This document shows positions 18,063 to 27,861 of a stretch of DNA of 64,000 bases, piece after piece. The stretch spans positions 15,636 to 79,635 of the forward strand of contig CAYUWJ010000044.1 of assembly GCA_964448315.1 (NCBI GenBank), in the 5' to 3' direction. Within the stretch, counting starts at the first letter, position 1. Each line of letters opens with the position of its first letter. Below the pieces are notes generated by a model that was not told where the DNA came from, made no database searches, and worked only from the letters and a program-made list of their open reading frames with translations. The translations under genes were made by a program, and so were the position numbers. The DNA comes from an uncultured Sphingomonas sp. Lineage in GTDB: Bacteria > Pseudomonadota > Alphaproteobacteria > Sphingomonadales > Sphingomonadaceae.

Positions 18063-20354
18063 ATGAAAAGTAGGTCCGATCACAACACACCAGGAGCCCC
18101 GGTTAACTTCAGCGAAGTGATCAGGGGCGAAGCAGACGAAGTCCGCCGGCGTCGGCAAAAGCGCGGAGTAACCGAGGACGCTGTCCTCACCGGGCTGTCG
18201 CTGTCCGGTGGTGGGATCAGGTCGGCTGCGGTGTGTCTCGGCGCACTTCAGGGCCTGCACAGCAATGACGCGCTGCAGCGGTTCGATTATCTCTCAACCG
18301 TTTCTGGCGGCGGATACATCGGATCGTGCCTGAGCGTGGGCATGAGCGATACCGGAGGAGGAACGCATCCTTTCGGAGACGATGTCCGCGATAATGCGAT
18401 CGTCGCGCACCTGCGCAACTATTCGAACTACCTGCTGCCCAGGAATCGGAGTGCGATCCGCAACTGGCTTGAGGCCGCGGCGATCATTCTCAGGGGCCTT
18501 CTTGCTAATTCGATTGCCGTGGCCGCGTTTCTTGTCCCCGCGGTAATCCTGACGGTTCTCGCATTTCCGGGCCGCGAAAGCCTCCACGATCCCAATTTCC
18601 TTCCGCGACTGGTCGGGGGAATTTCCTCCCTGTTCGGGAGCGGCCTTCAGGTGCCCGGCCCGGGGATCGCAGGCAAGTCTGTCCCGATGATCATCCCGCT
18701 CGTTTTTGCAGTTCTGCTCGCAATCGTTCTGACTGCCTGGGCAATGCTGCGCACGTTTCCGGCGCTGGATGCAGTCACAAACGATACCCGAAGCTTCCTT
18801 CTCAGACTGGCATTTGCATTCCTGGCCGCGTCGCTTGTTTTTGTGCTGCTCGATCTGCAGCCGCTTCTGATCGGCTTCGCTCTTCGGGCAGCTGCCGCGC
18901 TGCGGGGCTGGGACATTGGTCCCGCACTGCTCACCATTGCGACCGCAATGGTCGGCCTCGCCACGTTTGCCGGCCGCCTCGGCCACTTCCTTGAATCCAG
19001 CAGCCGTACGGAGCGGCTTCGCACAATCCTGCTTCGTGGCGCAGCGAAGTCTCTGCTGGTTCTCGGTGCACTGCTGCTTCCCGCCCTCCTGTGGCTGATC
19101 TACGCCTGGTTATACCAATGGTCGCTTGAGGGCGGGCCCTATCGGATCAGCTTCAGCGGTCCGTTCCGGCCGGACACGCGCTTCGACCTTCTCGTGGTCA
19201 TCTGGACAGTCACCGTGCTGATCACCCTCGCGCTGCGGGCGAACAATTATTCGCTGCACTGGTTCTATCGCGACCGGCTCAGCGCCGCGTTTCTCGTCGG
19301 GACGAAGCAGGACAAGGTCGTTCATCTCGACGCCATGAAACTGTCTGATCTCGCGCCCAGCAATGGGCCGTTGCCGATCATCAATGCTGCTCTCAACTTG
19401 CAGGGCTCGCTCGAGGCGAACAAGCGGGGCCGCAATGCCGACTTTTTCAGCTTCACGCCGTTTTACACAGGCAGCGAACTTACAGGCTATGTCCGAACCG
19501 GCGACATGGAAAGGCTCGACCGGCGGGTCGATCTTGGTACCGCGATGGCGGTTTCGGGAGCCGCGGCATCGGCAAACATGGGCAGCAACACGGTCAGGCT
19601 TCTTTCTCCAACGCTGTCCCTGCTGAACGTCCGGCTCGGCTATTACCTGCTCAATCCGCGCTACATCGGTGAACTTGATTCAGGCAGAGCTCGTGCGAAA
19701 GCAGCACTCCAGCGCGGTTTCGACCGCTTCTATCTGCTGATTGAAATGTTCAATGGCCTCACCGAGCGCCGCCGGTCGATCTATCTGACGGACGGCGGAC
19801 ACGTTGAGAACCTCGGGATCTATGAGCTGCTGCGACGCAGGTGCGGGGTGATCTTTGCGATTGACGCGGAGGCCGATCCCGAGATCGCCTGCGGTTCGCT
19901 TCTCCGCCTCGAGCGTTACGCGCGGATCGATCTCGGGGCACGGATCACGCTGCCATGGGAGGAGATTGCCCGTCAGTCGCGCGCGACGTCAGCAGGCATT
20001 CAGGCAGGCGGCGCACCGTGCGAGTTCGGTCCCCACTGCGCGATCGGCAGAATTCTGTACGATCATGATCAGCAGGGACTTCTCGTCTACATCAAATCAT
20101 CGCTCTCGGGCGACGAGAAGGATTACATCCTCGACTACGCAAGACGTTTTCCGACTTTCCCTCACGAGAGCACCAGCGACCAGTTCTTCTCCGAGGAACA
20201 GTTCGAAATGTATCGGGCGCTGGGGTTCCACATGATTCAGGGACTGTTCGGGCGTGACCGGATTTCATTCGTGCAGGGTGAACCCTCCGGTTTTGCTGAC
20301 GAGGCCGCAGCGCGCGCGGCATTGCTGGCGCTCGGCAAGAAGATCGTGCCATGA
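18063..20354 (+). CDS. patatin/cPLA2-like phospholipase with a multi-TM insertion
   Basis: Oxyanion motif LSGGGIRSAA (about 18207). Nucleophile motif STVSGGGYIGS (about 18300). Catalytic Asp motif LTDGGHVENLG (about 19790). About 500 aa with roughly 8 hydrophobic helices lie between the Ser and the Asp. Confidence 0.85.
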   Translation: MKSRSDHNTPGAPVNFSEVIRGEADEVRRRRQKRGVTEDAVLTGLSLSGGGIRSAAVCLGALQGLHSNDALQRFDYLSTVSGGGYIGSCLSVGMSDTGGGTHPFGDDVRDNAIVAHLRNYSNYLLPRNRSAIRNWLEAAAIILRGLLANSIAVAAFLVPAVILTVLAFPGRESLHDPNFLPRLVGGISSLFGSGLQVPGPGIAGKSVPMIIPLVFAVLLAIVLTAWAMLRTFPALDAVTNDTRSFLLRLAFAFLAASLVFVLLDLQPLLIGFALRAAAALRGWDIGPALLTIATAMVGLATFAGRLGHFLESSSRTERLRTILLRGAAKSLLVLGALLLPALLWLIYAWLYQWSLEGGPYRISFSGPFRPDTRFDLLVVIWTVTVLITLALRANNYSLHWFYRDRLSAAFLVGTKQDKVVHLDAMKLSDLAPSNGPLPIINAALNLQGSLEANKRGRNADFFSFTPFYTGSELTGYVRTGDMERLDRRVDLGTAMAVSGAAASANMGSNTVRLLSPTLSLLNVRLGYYLLNPRYIGELDSGRARAKAALQRGFDRFYLLIEMFNGLTERRRSIYLTDGGHVENLGIYELLRRRCGVIFAIDAEADPEIACGSLLRLERYARIDLGARITLPWEEIARQSRATSAGIQAGGAPCEFGPHCAIGRILYDHDQQGLLVYIKSSLSGDEKDYILDYARRFPTFPHESTSDQFFSEEQFEMYRALGFHMIQGLFGRDRISFVQGEPSGFADEAAARAALLALGKKIVP

Positions 20355-20418
20355 TAGAAGTTGCGGGATACTGGATCCGCACTGCGCTCGAGATACCCGC
20401 TCACTCTGGAGGGGTGTT

Positions 20419-20958
20419 GTGAACGAAGACCAGAAGGCGATACTAGGCTGGCTGGGAATTGCCGTTTTGCTGGCGGCGGCTGCGTTCACGATAGCTTTGA
20501 TGGTTCAACTGAGAAATGGGTCGTATCTCGACGCGGCCGACCCTGAAAACGTAGTATTGAGTTCGCTTTGGCAAAGCGCAGCCACGATCATGAAATTGGG
20601 TGCTGCCGGAAAAATTGCCTTTGCGACTGTTTTGACTGTCATTACAGCTGGCATTGCGGTTGTTGCGAGGACATATAGAAGTAAATGGCAGATCTCTGTT
20701 CTTGTCGTAGTCTGTGCAGCGGGGATTATCGCTGCCCTTATGCTTGTCGGAGCTGCTGGCCCAGATGCGTCAATAACGAACGACATTCGTTATTACGGCG
20801 ATTTCGGCCAAACCAATGAAGATGTGTCAGATCGGGTAAGCAGTTTCTGCTATGGTCTCATCTCATGGTTTGGCGCATACGCGGCTACAATCCTCGGCAT
20901 CAGCTCTTTGAAAGAAGGCGGGACGCTTGCCAATCTGATTCAGCGTCTGAGGGGGTGA
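20419..20958 (+). CDS. membrane protein (unknown family)
   Basis: GTG at 20419 (VNEDQKAILGWLGIAVLLAAAAF...). Four or five hydrophobic helices. GC is lower than the flanks (one 60-nt line counted at 48%). Confidence 0.55.
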   Translation: MNEDQKAILGWLGIAVLLAAAAFTIALMVQLRNGSYLDAADPENVVLSSLWQSAATIMKLGAAGKIAFATVLTVITAGIAVVARTYRSKWQISVLVVVCAAGIIAALMLVGAAGPDASITNDIRYYGDFGQTNEDVSDRVSSFCYGLISWFGAYAATILGISSLKEGGTLANLIQRLRG

Positions 20959-20960
20959 TA

Positions 20961-21974
20961 ATGTTGATCGGCAGATCGATCGCGATAGTTGGTCTGTTGT
21001 TCATCGCCGGCGAAGCTTTGAGTCAGCAGTCGACTCCTGATCGGATCCGCGTTGGCTGGTACGGAGAGGATAAACCCAATCTAGTGAAATTTGAGGGTGG
21101 CGGCCCGTTTATGGAGGAGAATCGCTACTACGTCGCGAAACCCGATCAGCGATCGATCTGGGCCACATACGACTTAAACATTGTGCACGGCAACGAGCCT
21201 TTTCCCGTCAGAGTTGTGACGAAGGTTTCGCAGGAGGCCGTGACATTTCATGTTCGCAGAGCCAGCTACCAGGACTGTACACGCGCAGACGTGAACAGCA
21301 TCTGGAGCGATCAGCGGTCAACAATCGACGAGCGTGTCGCTCGAATGATGAGGGCGAGGCACCTCTTGGTAAATGGGCGATGCCCTACACCGGAAATGTG
21401 GAAGCTGGCCAAACGGTATTTTGATACGAGCTGCTCGCTCGCCCTAGACCCGCGAAGTCGATTGGACCTCTCACCCGAGGCCCAGCAGTTGTACAGTCAC
21501 TATGCAGTAAGGCCGAGGGATCTGAAGGAGGCGGAAACATGTACTGCAGCCGCTCAACAGCGCGCGATCCTCGACTTGCAGTCCCGGATGCGCCTCGCAC
21601 GTGATATAGGTGAATTCAAGAGAGTGGCTGACGAGCTAATCACTCATGCTGTAGATCCGACCTGGGATGATGCATTCGCGGCATTGGAAGTGGATGAAAG
21701 AGTTTTCCGGATCAGGAAGGTTCATGGAATCTATGCACGACAGCTGCTGGCTTGGGAGCAGCGGCGGGTAGAAACGGCGCTCCAGCTGAACGGCGAACTG
21801 TTAGAGCTGATAGAGTTGCGAGAATATAAGCCCGCCTTGAGGGCTGAAGCGATTACGAGAGACAAGCTGTGTCGAGACCGGGCGCTGTTTCTCTCGAACG
21901 TATCTGGGAGCGTCGAGATGCCAACGTCGTGCGATGCCCTTTTCGACGATCGTCCCACAAGGGATGTAATGTGA
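20961..21974 (+). CDS. secreted hypothetical protein
   Basis: ATG at 20961, 2 nt after the previous stop. Signal peptide MLIGRSIAIVGLLFIAGEALSQQ. No recognised motif. Confidence 0.55.
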   Translation: MLIGRSIAIVGLLFIAGEALSQQSTPDRIRVGWYGEDKPNLVKFEGGGPFMEENRYYVAKPDQRSIWATYDLNIVHGNEPFPVRVVTKVSQEAVTFHVRRASYQDCTRADVNSIWSDQRSTIDERVARMMRARHLLVNGRCPTPEMWKLAKRYFDTSCSLALDPRSRLDLSPEAQQLYSHYAVRPRDLKEAETCTAAAQQRAILDLQSRMRLARDIGEFKRVADELITHAVDPTWDDAFAALEVDERVFRIRKVHGIYARQLLAWEQRRVETALQLNGELLELIELREYKPALRAEAITRDKLCRDRALFLSNVSGSVEMPTSCDALFDDRPTRDVM

Positions 21975-22154
21975 AGCGGCGTTTCAGATCCCGCCGGCGA
22001 CCTGCGGCTTCTTGAGATTGAAGCCCACGTTCAATTTCCGTTGACATAATAATCTGCGAGCCGCATCTTTCTCTTTCCAGCGTGCCGAACCCGCTGACTG
22101 ATCGCGACTGCAGTCCTGATGGGCTGTGGTCCACGTCGGTTCAGGGGAAGCGCG

Positions 22155-23126
22155 ATGATGAACGAAGATCAGCAAGTTGCGGCACCGATCAGGGGTGCTG
22201 CTCGCGACAGGATGCGAATGCTGGGCTGCGCGTGGCATTCCGACATTGGCTTTCGGCTCACAGCGATCATCAGCAGCGCTGCGGCCTTGGCCGGCTGTTA
22301 CAATCTTGAGGCTGTACGGTCCCTCTCCGGCAAGCTGTCTGGGGCAACTGCAACCTGGGCCGATCCGAGCCGCGAATTTCACGCGTCCTGCCTTCGGAGC
22401 CGTCAGCTCGGTAGCGGCAAGGATGACTGCACAATCCAGAAGCAGGCAACCGACGGCCTGCTCGCCGCCAACAAGATCCTGAACAATTACTTCAAGGCAA
22501 TCGAGGCAACGGCGAACGAGCAGAACTTGAGCGTAAGTGGAGGTGTGGACAATCTCACGTCGTCTGTCGCGGGCGTACCCGGCGTCAATTCAGACCAAGT
22601 GCAGGCTGTCTCTGGCCTAGGAGCGCTGCTGGCTCGTCTCGCACTCGCCGGCTACCGGGAGCGAACCCTTCGAACGCTCATCACGGAAGGCGCTCCCCCC
22701 GCGCATCGGATAATGGAATTTATGCGCACGACAGTCGCGGACAATCTGGCTTCGGTACTGCTTTCCGAAAAGATCAGGCTGACCTCGTTGTTTGCGGACG
22801 AAGGCTACATCCCGAACTTCAGGAGCAAGATAGGGGGCGACCCGGCAGCTGCGTGCAACGACGGGCCGATCGCAAATCGGTTTACGAACGGCGCAGAGTA
22901 TCTGCTGGCTCTCGAGTTTTGTCGTCGGCAGCTGTCGATTGCCGAGAAGGAGAAGGCGATAGCCAACTACCGCACATCGGTAGCAACGTCTGAAGACGCG
23001 CTGCGCGCGCTTCAGTCGTCCAAGGCGCGCCTCAGTTCGGAACAGATGGCCCGGCAGCTCTACGCGATTGGCGCTGAGCTCGATGAGCAGGTGCGTGAGG
23101 TCCGCAGCGCCTTTGGAGGAGAATAG
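22155..23126 (+). CDS. hypothetical lipoprotein
   Basis: ATGATG at 22155 after AGGGGAAG. Lipobox AAALAGC. The rest is helical. Confidence 0.55.
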   Translation: MMNEDQQVAAPIRGAARDRMRMLGCAWHSDIGFRLTAIISSAAALAGCYNLEAVRSLSGKLSGATATWADPSREFHASCLRSRQLGSGKDDCTIQKQATDGLLAANKILNNYFKAIEATANEQNLSVSGGVDNLTSSVAGVPGVNSDQVQAVSGLGALLARLALAGYRERTLRTLITEGAPPAHRIMEFMRTTVADNLASVLLSEKIRLTSLFADEGYIPNFRSKIGGDPAAACNDGPIANRFTNGAEYLLALEFCRRQLSIAEKEKAIANYRTSVATSEDALRALQSSKARLSSEQMARQLYAIGAELDEQVREVRSAFGGE

Positions 23127-23129
23127 CAC

Positions 23130-23555
23130 ATGGACGCCAGTAAGCTCCTTCGCAGCGCATCCCAGCTGTGCAACGCCAGCGCGGCAACCGCACTTAAAGC
23201 GCAGCTCGCGCTCGGCGCACGCCCTGCTGCCCCTGCCGAGGCCGCGCTATGGGATCAAAAGAACACGAGGCTAAGAGGGCAAATACTGAGCCTGACTGAA
23301 CTTGCCCCCAAGCTTGCAGCGGCTTCAGTTCTCCAAGGGTTGAGCAGCCTTCAGGGGGATCTGGACACGCTGACGACAATTACAAAAGAGGCCGAAGCCA
23401 AGATCAAGAAGATTGCCGAAGTCTCGGAACTTCTAACACAAATTGGAAAGGTGCTGGATCTCGGAGTTGCCATCTTAATCATGGCCGCATCGCCTTCAGC
23501 GGACAACGCTGAAAAGGTTGTTGCTGCAGTGAAGAAGCTCGCGAGCGACGACTAG
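23130..23555 (+). CDS. hypothetical helical protein
   Basis: ATG 3 nt after the previous stop. 141 aa, Ala/Leu/Lys-rich. Confidence 0.45.
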   Translation: MDASKLLRSASQLCNASAATALKAQLALGARPAAPAEAALWDQKNTRLRGQILSLTELAPKLAAASVLQGLSSLQGDLDTLTTITKEAEAKIKKIAEVSELLTQIGKVLDLGVAILIMAASPSADNAEKVVAAVKKLASDD

Positions 23556-23974
23556 AAGGTGGACCGGCGGAAAATTCGGCACGGACAACCGAGCCTCAGA
23601 ACACTGCTGCCGAACTGACGACTGAGTCAAGAAGGTGCCGCGCGGCGCGCAGCACAGGTCCGCTCGGCAACGTGATGTTATGTAAAGCAGCGGTTCGAGT
23701 GACAGTGCGCTGTAACAGTTAGATCTCGACGCAAATGGAGCGTGCCTTCGCGTGCTCCGCGGAGGCACTCGAGTTTGTCAAACGTCGTTGATCGGCCGGA
23801 CAAGTAGGCGTAAGTCCGACTCGCTCGGACTTTTTGCGGAGGCCACTGATGGTCAAGTCTCCTGACTGGGCAGATTCATCAAAGCAACGACGGCAGCGAC
23901 CCGGGACGGGAATTCTGACACGCCGGGGTGGGCGGGTGTGCGGCGATCGACGCTCTTCTGCCGCAAAGGCCCGC

Positions 23975-24334
23975 TTGGCAAAGAGTCTGCGTCTCTGCAC
24001 CGTAGCTGCGCTCCTCGTGATGAGTGGCTGCGCCAGTCACCTCATAATGTCGGCCGAGGCGGAGGATGTCGGCATAGCCGGTCAGCCCTTCAGGCACCAG
24101 TCGACCTCATATGTAGGAGGATCGACGGGATTCACGTCGGAGGGCGTCGGCTATGTGACGCGCGACACGTGCAGAAGCGCGGATCTTGCCAAGGTCGAAT
24201 ATCGCCGAAACTTCGGGCAAACACTTGTGACTCTGCTCACCCTTGGCCTGATCTCGCCGACCACGATCTACTACTATTGCGAGAAGCCGCAGCCGCCGCC
24301 GCCGTGCGACTGCCCGGCGCCCGACGAACTGTAG
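23975..24334 (+). CDS. Bor/Iss-like outer-membrane lipoprotein (tentative)
   Basis: Candidate TTG at 23975 after AAAGG. Lipobox LLVMSGC. The C-terminus ADLAKVEYRRNFGQTLVTLLTLGLISPTTIYYYCE parallels the Bor ending ...VKTETQQTFVNGLLGFITLGIYTPLEARVYC. Start uncertain (the ORF opens at 23834). Confidence 0.5.
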   Translation: MAKSLRLCTVAALLVMSGCASHLIMSAEAEDVGIAGQPFRHQSTSYVGGSTGFTSEGVGYVTRDTCRSADLAKVEYRRNFGQTLVTLLTLGLISPTTIYYYCEKPQPPPPCDCPAPDEL

Positions 24335-24343
24335 GCCGGGGCC

Positions 24344-25915
24344 GTGCCTGACGACAGCCGAATGCTCGATTGGGTGCCGCAGGCAGTCCCCTGGAAAAAC
24401 TGGCACCAGACTGTCAGCGCTGATATCAAAGGAGTCTATAACGTCTGGTATCCGCCGGACATGCCGCAGTACGGCGCCGCGACGATCAATCGCTGCACGC
24501 GGCAGATCCAGCGGGCAATCGCCGAGGCCAGGCGGAAGAGCATGCCGATGCGGGCCATCGGCCATGGCTGGTCACTCTCGGAAGCGCCGGCCACGACTGG
24601 CGCAATGGTCGACATCAGCCGACTGAATTCGATGAAGCCGCTGCGAGCAGACCAGCTCGATGCCGCCTATCCCGGATCAAAAGATCCTGCGGCCCTGTGG
24701 CTCATTCAGGGCGGCGCCTATATATCTGAGATCAACCGCATTATTGAAGGTAACTCGTTCGGCCGCTCCATGATCACGAGCGGCGCTGCCAATGGGCAGA
24801 CGATCGTCGGCGCGACCGCGACCGGCACTCACGGATCTGTCCTCACGACGGGCGCTCTGCATGACCAGATTGTTGCGATTCATCTGCTCGCCGGCCCGCA
24901 GGCGCAGTTCTGGATCGAGCGTGCGTCCTGGCCTGTGCTAAAGCCCGGCCTTGCCGCTTCCCTCGGCGCGACCGTGATCCGCGACGACCGACTTTTCAAT
25001 GCAGTCGTTCTCGGACTCGGCGCGTTCGGCATCATCGCCAATGTCGTTCTCCAGACTCGTCCTCGGATGCTGCTCTTTGCGCGAAGCATCGATCGTGACC
25101 AGAACGGGCGGCTGCTCGAACTGGACGGGCCGATGCGTCAGGTAATCAGGACGCTCGACTTCGATGCGCATCCGCTGCTGCGAAGTCCCGCCGGTCTGGG
25201 GCCACCCTGTTTTTTCCAGCCGATTATCGATCCAACTTCGCATCCGCCGAAGGTAGTCGTGATGCTGATGTACGAGAGACCGTGGCAACCCGGTTACGTC
25301 CCTGACTACCGGATGGCGGCGTCGAAGTTCGGTCCGGGTTACGATTTTCTTTCCGTCGTCGGCCGCCTGCTGGATGTGTTCAAGCCCGGTGTCGCGATGT
25401 TCGCGCAGATCGCACGCGCGCAGCTTTTCACACCCGGTGACAAGACCGGAAGCTGGGGTGAGCTGTTCGGCTTCAAGTCGCCGCGCACCAAGGTCGCATC
25501 GGGGTCCGTCGCCGTACCACTCGACAGAATACTCGATGCACTGGACGTGCTGATTCACCTTAATGCACAGATGGGACCGGTGCCACTCGTCTTCGGGGTG
25601 CGCTACGTGCGGAAATCGCAGGCTCTGCTTGCGATGAATCGCTGGGACGTGACAGCGGTGGTCAGTATTGACGGCATTCACAACCGTTCCTCACTCAGTT
25701 TCCTGCGCGCCATCCCCGCTGCGATGGATGCGCGCGGTATCCAGTTCACGCAGCACTGGGGCAAGACCAACGGCTACACGCTACAGCGTGTGAAGACACG
25801 GTTTGGCGCCGATTACGACGCCTGGATTGCCGCGCGGCACCAGCTACTCCCGAATGCTGCTGATCGTACGCTATTCACGAACGAGTACATGGTCGCACGT
25901 GGTCTGGCTGCTTAG
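24344..25915 (+). CDS. FAD-binding oxidoreductase (PCMH-type; sugar-1,4-lactone oxidase-like)
   Basis: MPMRAIGHGWSLSEAP ... ITSGAANGQTIVGATATGTHGS matches the FAD_binding_4 pattern. 523 aa. Confidence 0.75.
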   Translation: MPDDSRMLDWVPQAVPWKNWHQTVSADIKGVYNVWYPPDMPQYGAATINRCTRQIQRAIAEARRKSMPMRAIGHGWSLSEAPATTGAMVDISRLNSMKPLRADQLDAAYPGSKDPAALWLIQGGAYISEINRIIEGNSFGRSMITSGAANGQTIVGATATGTHGSVLTTGALHDQIVAIHLLAGPQAQFWIERASWPVLKPGLAASLGATVIRDDRLFNAVVLGLGAFGIIANVVLQTRPRMLLFARSIDRDQNGRLLELDGPMRQVIRTLDFDAHPLLRSPAGLGPPCFFQPIIDPTSHPPKVVVMLMYERPWQPGYVPDYRMAASKFGPGYDFLSVVGRLLDVFKPGVAMFAQIARAQLFTPGDKTGSWGELFGFKSPRTKVASGSVAVPLDRILDALDVLIHLNAQMGPVPLVFGVRYVRKSQALLAMNRWDVTAVVSIDGIHNRSSLSFLRAIPAAMDARGIQFTQHWGKTNGYTLQRVKTRFGADYDAWIAARHQLLPNAADRTLFTNEYMVARGLAA

Positions 25916-26011
25916 TCTTTCTCGATTTCGCCCCTCCGTAGCGGGCGATGATCTTTTCGATCAAAAGGTAAGGTTTGAGTGCCGGATCGACCCGCAGAAC
26001 GGGAGCGAACA

Positions 26012-26278
26012 ATGGCGGACTATCATAGCACCTGCATCCGGCGAGACAGCAGCGATGCGGACCGGCGCATCGATGCAGTGGGCTTTGGCGGCCGGCTGTA
26101 TGCCATTGATCAGGTCATCGCATGGATCCAGGGTGGCACGCATCGCTTCTGGACCGTCGCCCAGGGTCAAAGCGTCTGGGTCGTCGTCAAGCAGCACTCG
26201 ACGTCGGGTAGGCTTTACCTCGCAACAGAGAATGACGGCTTCCCGCCCAATAATCTGCTCAGCCTGCCCGAGTGCTAG
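26012..26278 (+). CDS. DUF3892-like small protein
   Basis: ATG at 26012 after GGGAGCG. IDAVGFGGRLYAIDQVIAWIQGGTHRFWT...GRLYLATENDGFPPNNLLSLPEC fits my recollection of the DUF3892 pattern. Confidence 0.45.
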   Translation: MADYHSTCIRRDSSDADRRIDAVGFGGRLYAIDQVIAWIQGGTHRFWTVAQGQSVWVVVKQHSTSGRLYLATENDGFPPNNLLSLPEC

Positions 26279-26331
26279 TTCGCAGCAGTTAGCCGCGATA
26301 CATCTCGGTTTGGGCCTTAAGCTGGAGCCAA

Positions 26332-27852
26332 TTGTTGAGAAACAATCTGCACGCGATCAGTGCCGCCGGAGCGCCACTCGACGCAACGTTCAGCGTTGAC
26401 CGCACTCACAGTGGGTTTGACGTCATTCTGGAATCCAGAAGCGGTGCGAAGCACGGCAAAGGCAAGCCGCGGAATCAGGATTACGAGAGATTGTTCACCC
26501 TTATTCTCGAGCGGGCTGAGGCGCTCGGTTCCAGTCTTGCGGGCGCATGGGTAGTCAGCAGTGAGACTACACATCTTCCCGCGACTGACCGGCAGCTTTC
26601 GCCACAGGGTGTGAAATTCCCGGTCGACCTTGCACTGGTCGATGACCTTGACGAGCTTCGTATCAGACTGTCGCGGATGCAGGGCGCGATCGGGCGGCAG
26701 CCGGGCGCGAAGGGTGCCGGAAATCGCAACAGGCGTGTCCTGCTCCGTTTCCGTCTTGCCCGATCACATGGCGAACGATCGCTCGCTGCTGCGCTGGTCT
26801 CTGGAAAGGTGCTGCAGCAAAAAGGCGTCAATATTCAAACGGCGTCGTCCGAGATGGCGGCGCTCGAAACATCGAAGGAGTGCACGAAGGCGAGAGCAGA
26901 CTTTGAGAAGCTATTCACCGACGGCGCCGAAGAGCTGCGGGGGATGCGCGGGACGGCGTTCTGGCATGAGGATCTCGGGATCTGGGGCCATTTCGGCCGA
27001 GCGCTCCGGACTGATGGCACGGAGCGCATATGGAGCCCCTTCGGACAATTACCTGCCAATTTCCGCAGTCACATCGTTGTGGAGATTAATACGCCGATCT
27101 CCGGCCAGGATCTTGATCTCCAGGGAGCGTTCGCCCGGGACAAGTCGGGCCATCGCTGGCTGTTGCATCAGGGCCGGATGAGCATTTCGGGAAAACGCAT
27201 TACGCAGCAGGATTTCCGGACGCAGTCGGGCCTCCGCCCAGTCCGCGTGAGGTTCCGGGACGGCTCGTCCCGCCTCTTTCATCCCGTCGCCGATCTCGAG
27301 CAGCCGGCCCGGGCAGTCCAGGCTGCGGTTGCCCGCTTTGTGGCCATCTGTGCGGAAGTGCGTGAGGCGAGCCGCTCCTCGGCTCCGGCACGCAGGGCGG
27401 TCGCCGATGCACTCAGATGGGAAGCCCTGCTGAGCCCCGAACGCACCGGTGACTATGATGTTAAAGCCCGATCCGCCTCTAAGGCGGAGCACCGTCATGG
27501 ACGGGTTTGGAAGAAGCTGGTCGCGGAACTCAAAGCGCGCGGACTCCAAGTGTCCAACGCACGGGTTGGGCAGTATGGACCGGACCTTTATACGGTCCAG
27601 CCACCGATGGTTCTGTTCGAAATCAAGTCGGATGCCAGAGCCTGCGATCTGTTCGGGGGAATCGGACAGCTCCATGTCTATGAAAAGTTGATGGGGCGTC
27701 AGTTCGGAAAGGTTCTGGTCGTCCCGTCCGGGGCATCCGAAGCGCTGAGAAAGGTACTTCCGGGGATGAGAATTCAGCTGCTCGAATATGAGAGGCGCGG
27801 ACAGAAGATTTCATTCGACAGCGAGGCGCTCCTCGCCGCGATCAAGCGGTAG
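26332..27852 (+). CDS. hypothetical protein with a C-terminal PD-(D/E)xK nuclease-like domain
   Basis: 506 aa. The C-terminal part YGPDLYTVQPPMVLFEIKSDARACDLFGGIGQLHVYEKL has the D...E-x-K arrangement of restriction-endonuclease-fold proteins. The N-terminal 380 aa are unrecognised. Confidence 0.55.
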   Translation: MLRNNLHAISAAGAPLDATFSVDRTHSGFDVILESRSGAKHGKGKPRNQDYERLFTLILERAEALGSSLAGAWVVSSETTHLPATDRQLSPQGVKFPVDLALVDDLDELRIRLSRMQGAIGRQPGAKGAGNRNRRVLLRFRLARSHGERSLAAALVSGKVLQQKGVNIQTASSEMAALETSKECTKARADFEKLFTDGAEELRGMRGTAFWHEDLGIWGHFGRALRTDGTERIWSPFGQLPANFRSHIVVEINTPISGQDLDLQGAFARDKSGHRWLLHQGRMSISGKRITQQDFRTQSGLRPVRVRFRDGSSRLFHPVADLEQPARAVQAAVARFVAICAEVREASRSSAPARRAVADALRWEALLSPERTGDYDVKARSASKAEHRHGRVWKKLVAELKARGLQVSNARVGQYGPDLYTVQPPMVLFEIKSDARACDLFGGIGQLHVYEKLMGRQFGKVLVVPSGASEALRKVLPGMRIQLLEYERRGQKISFDSEALLAAIKR

Positions 27853-27861
27853 GAAACGCGC

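Noticed and set aside
18294-19024. Minus-strand ORFs of 230 and 125 aa inside the patatin gene.
   Set aside because: They are antisense to a gene with all three patatin motifs in the correct order.
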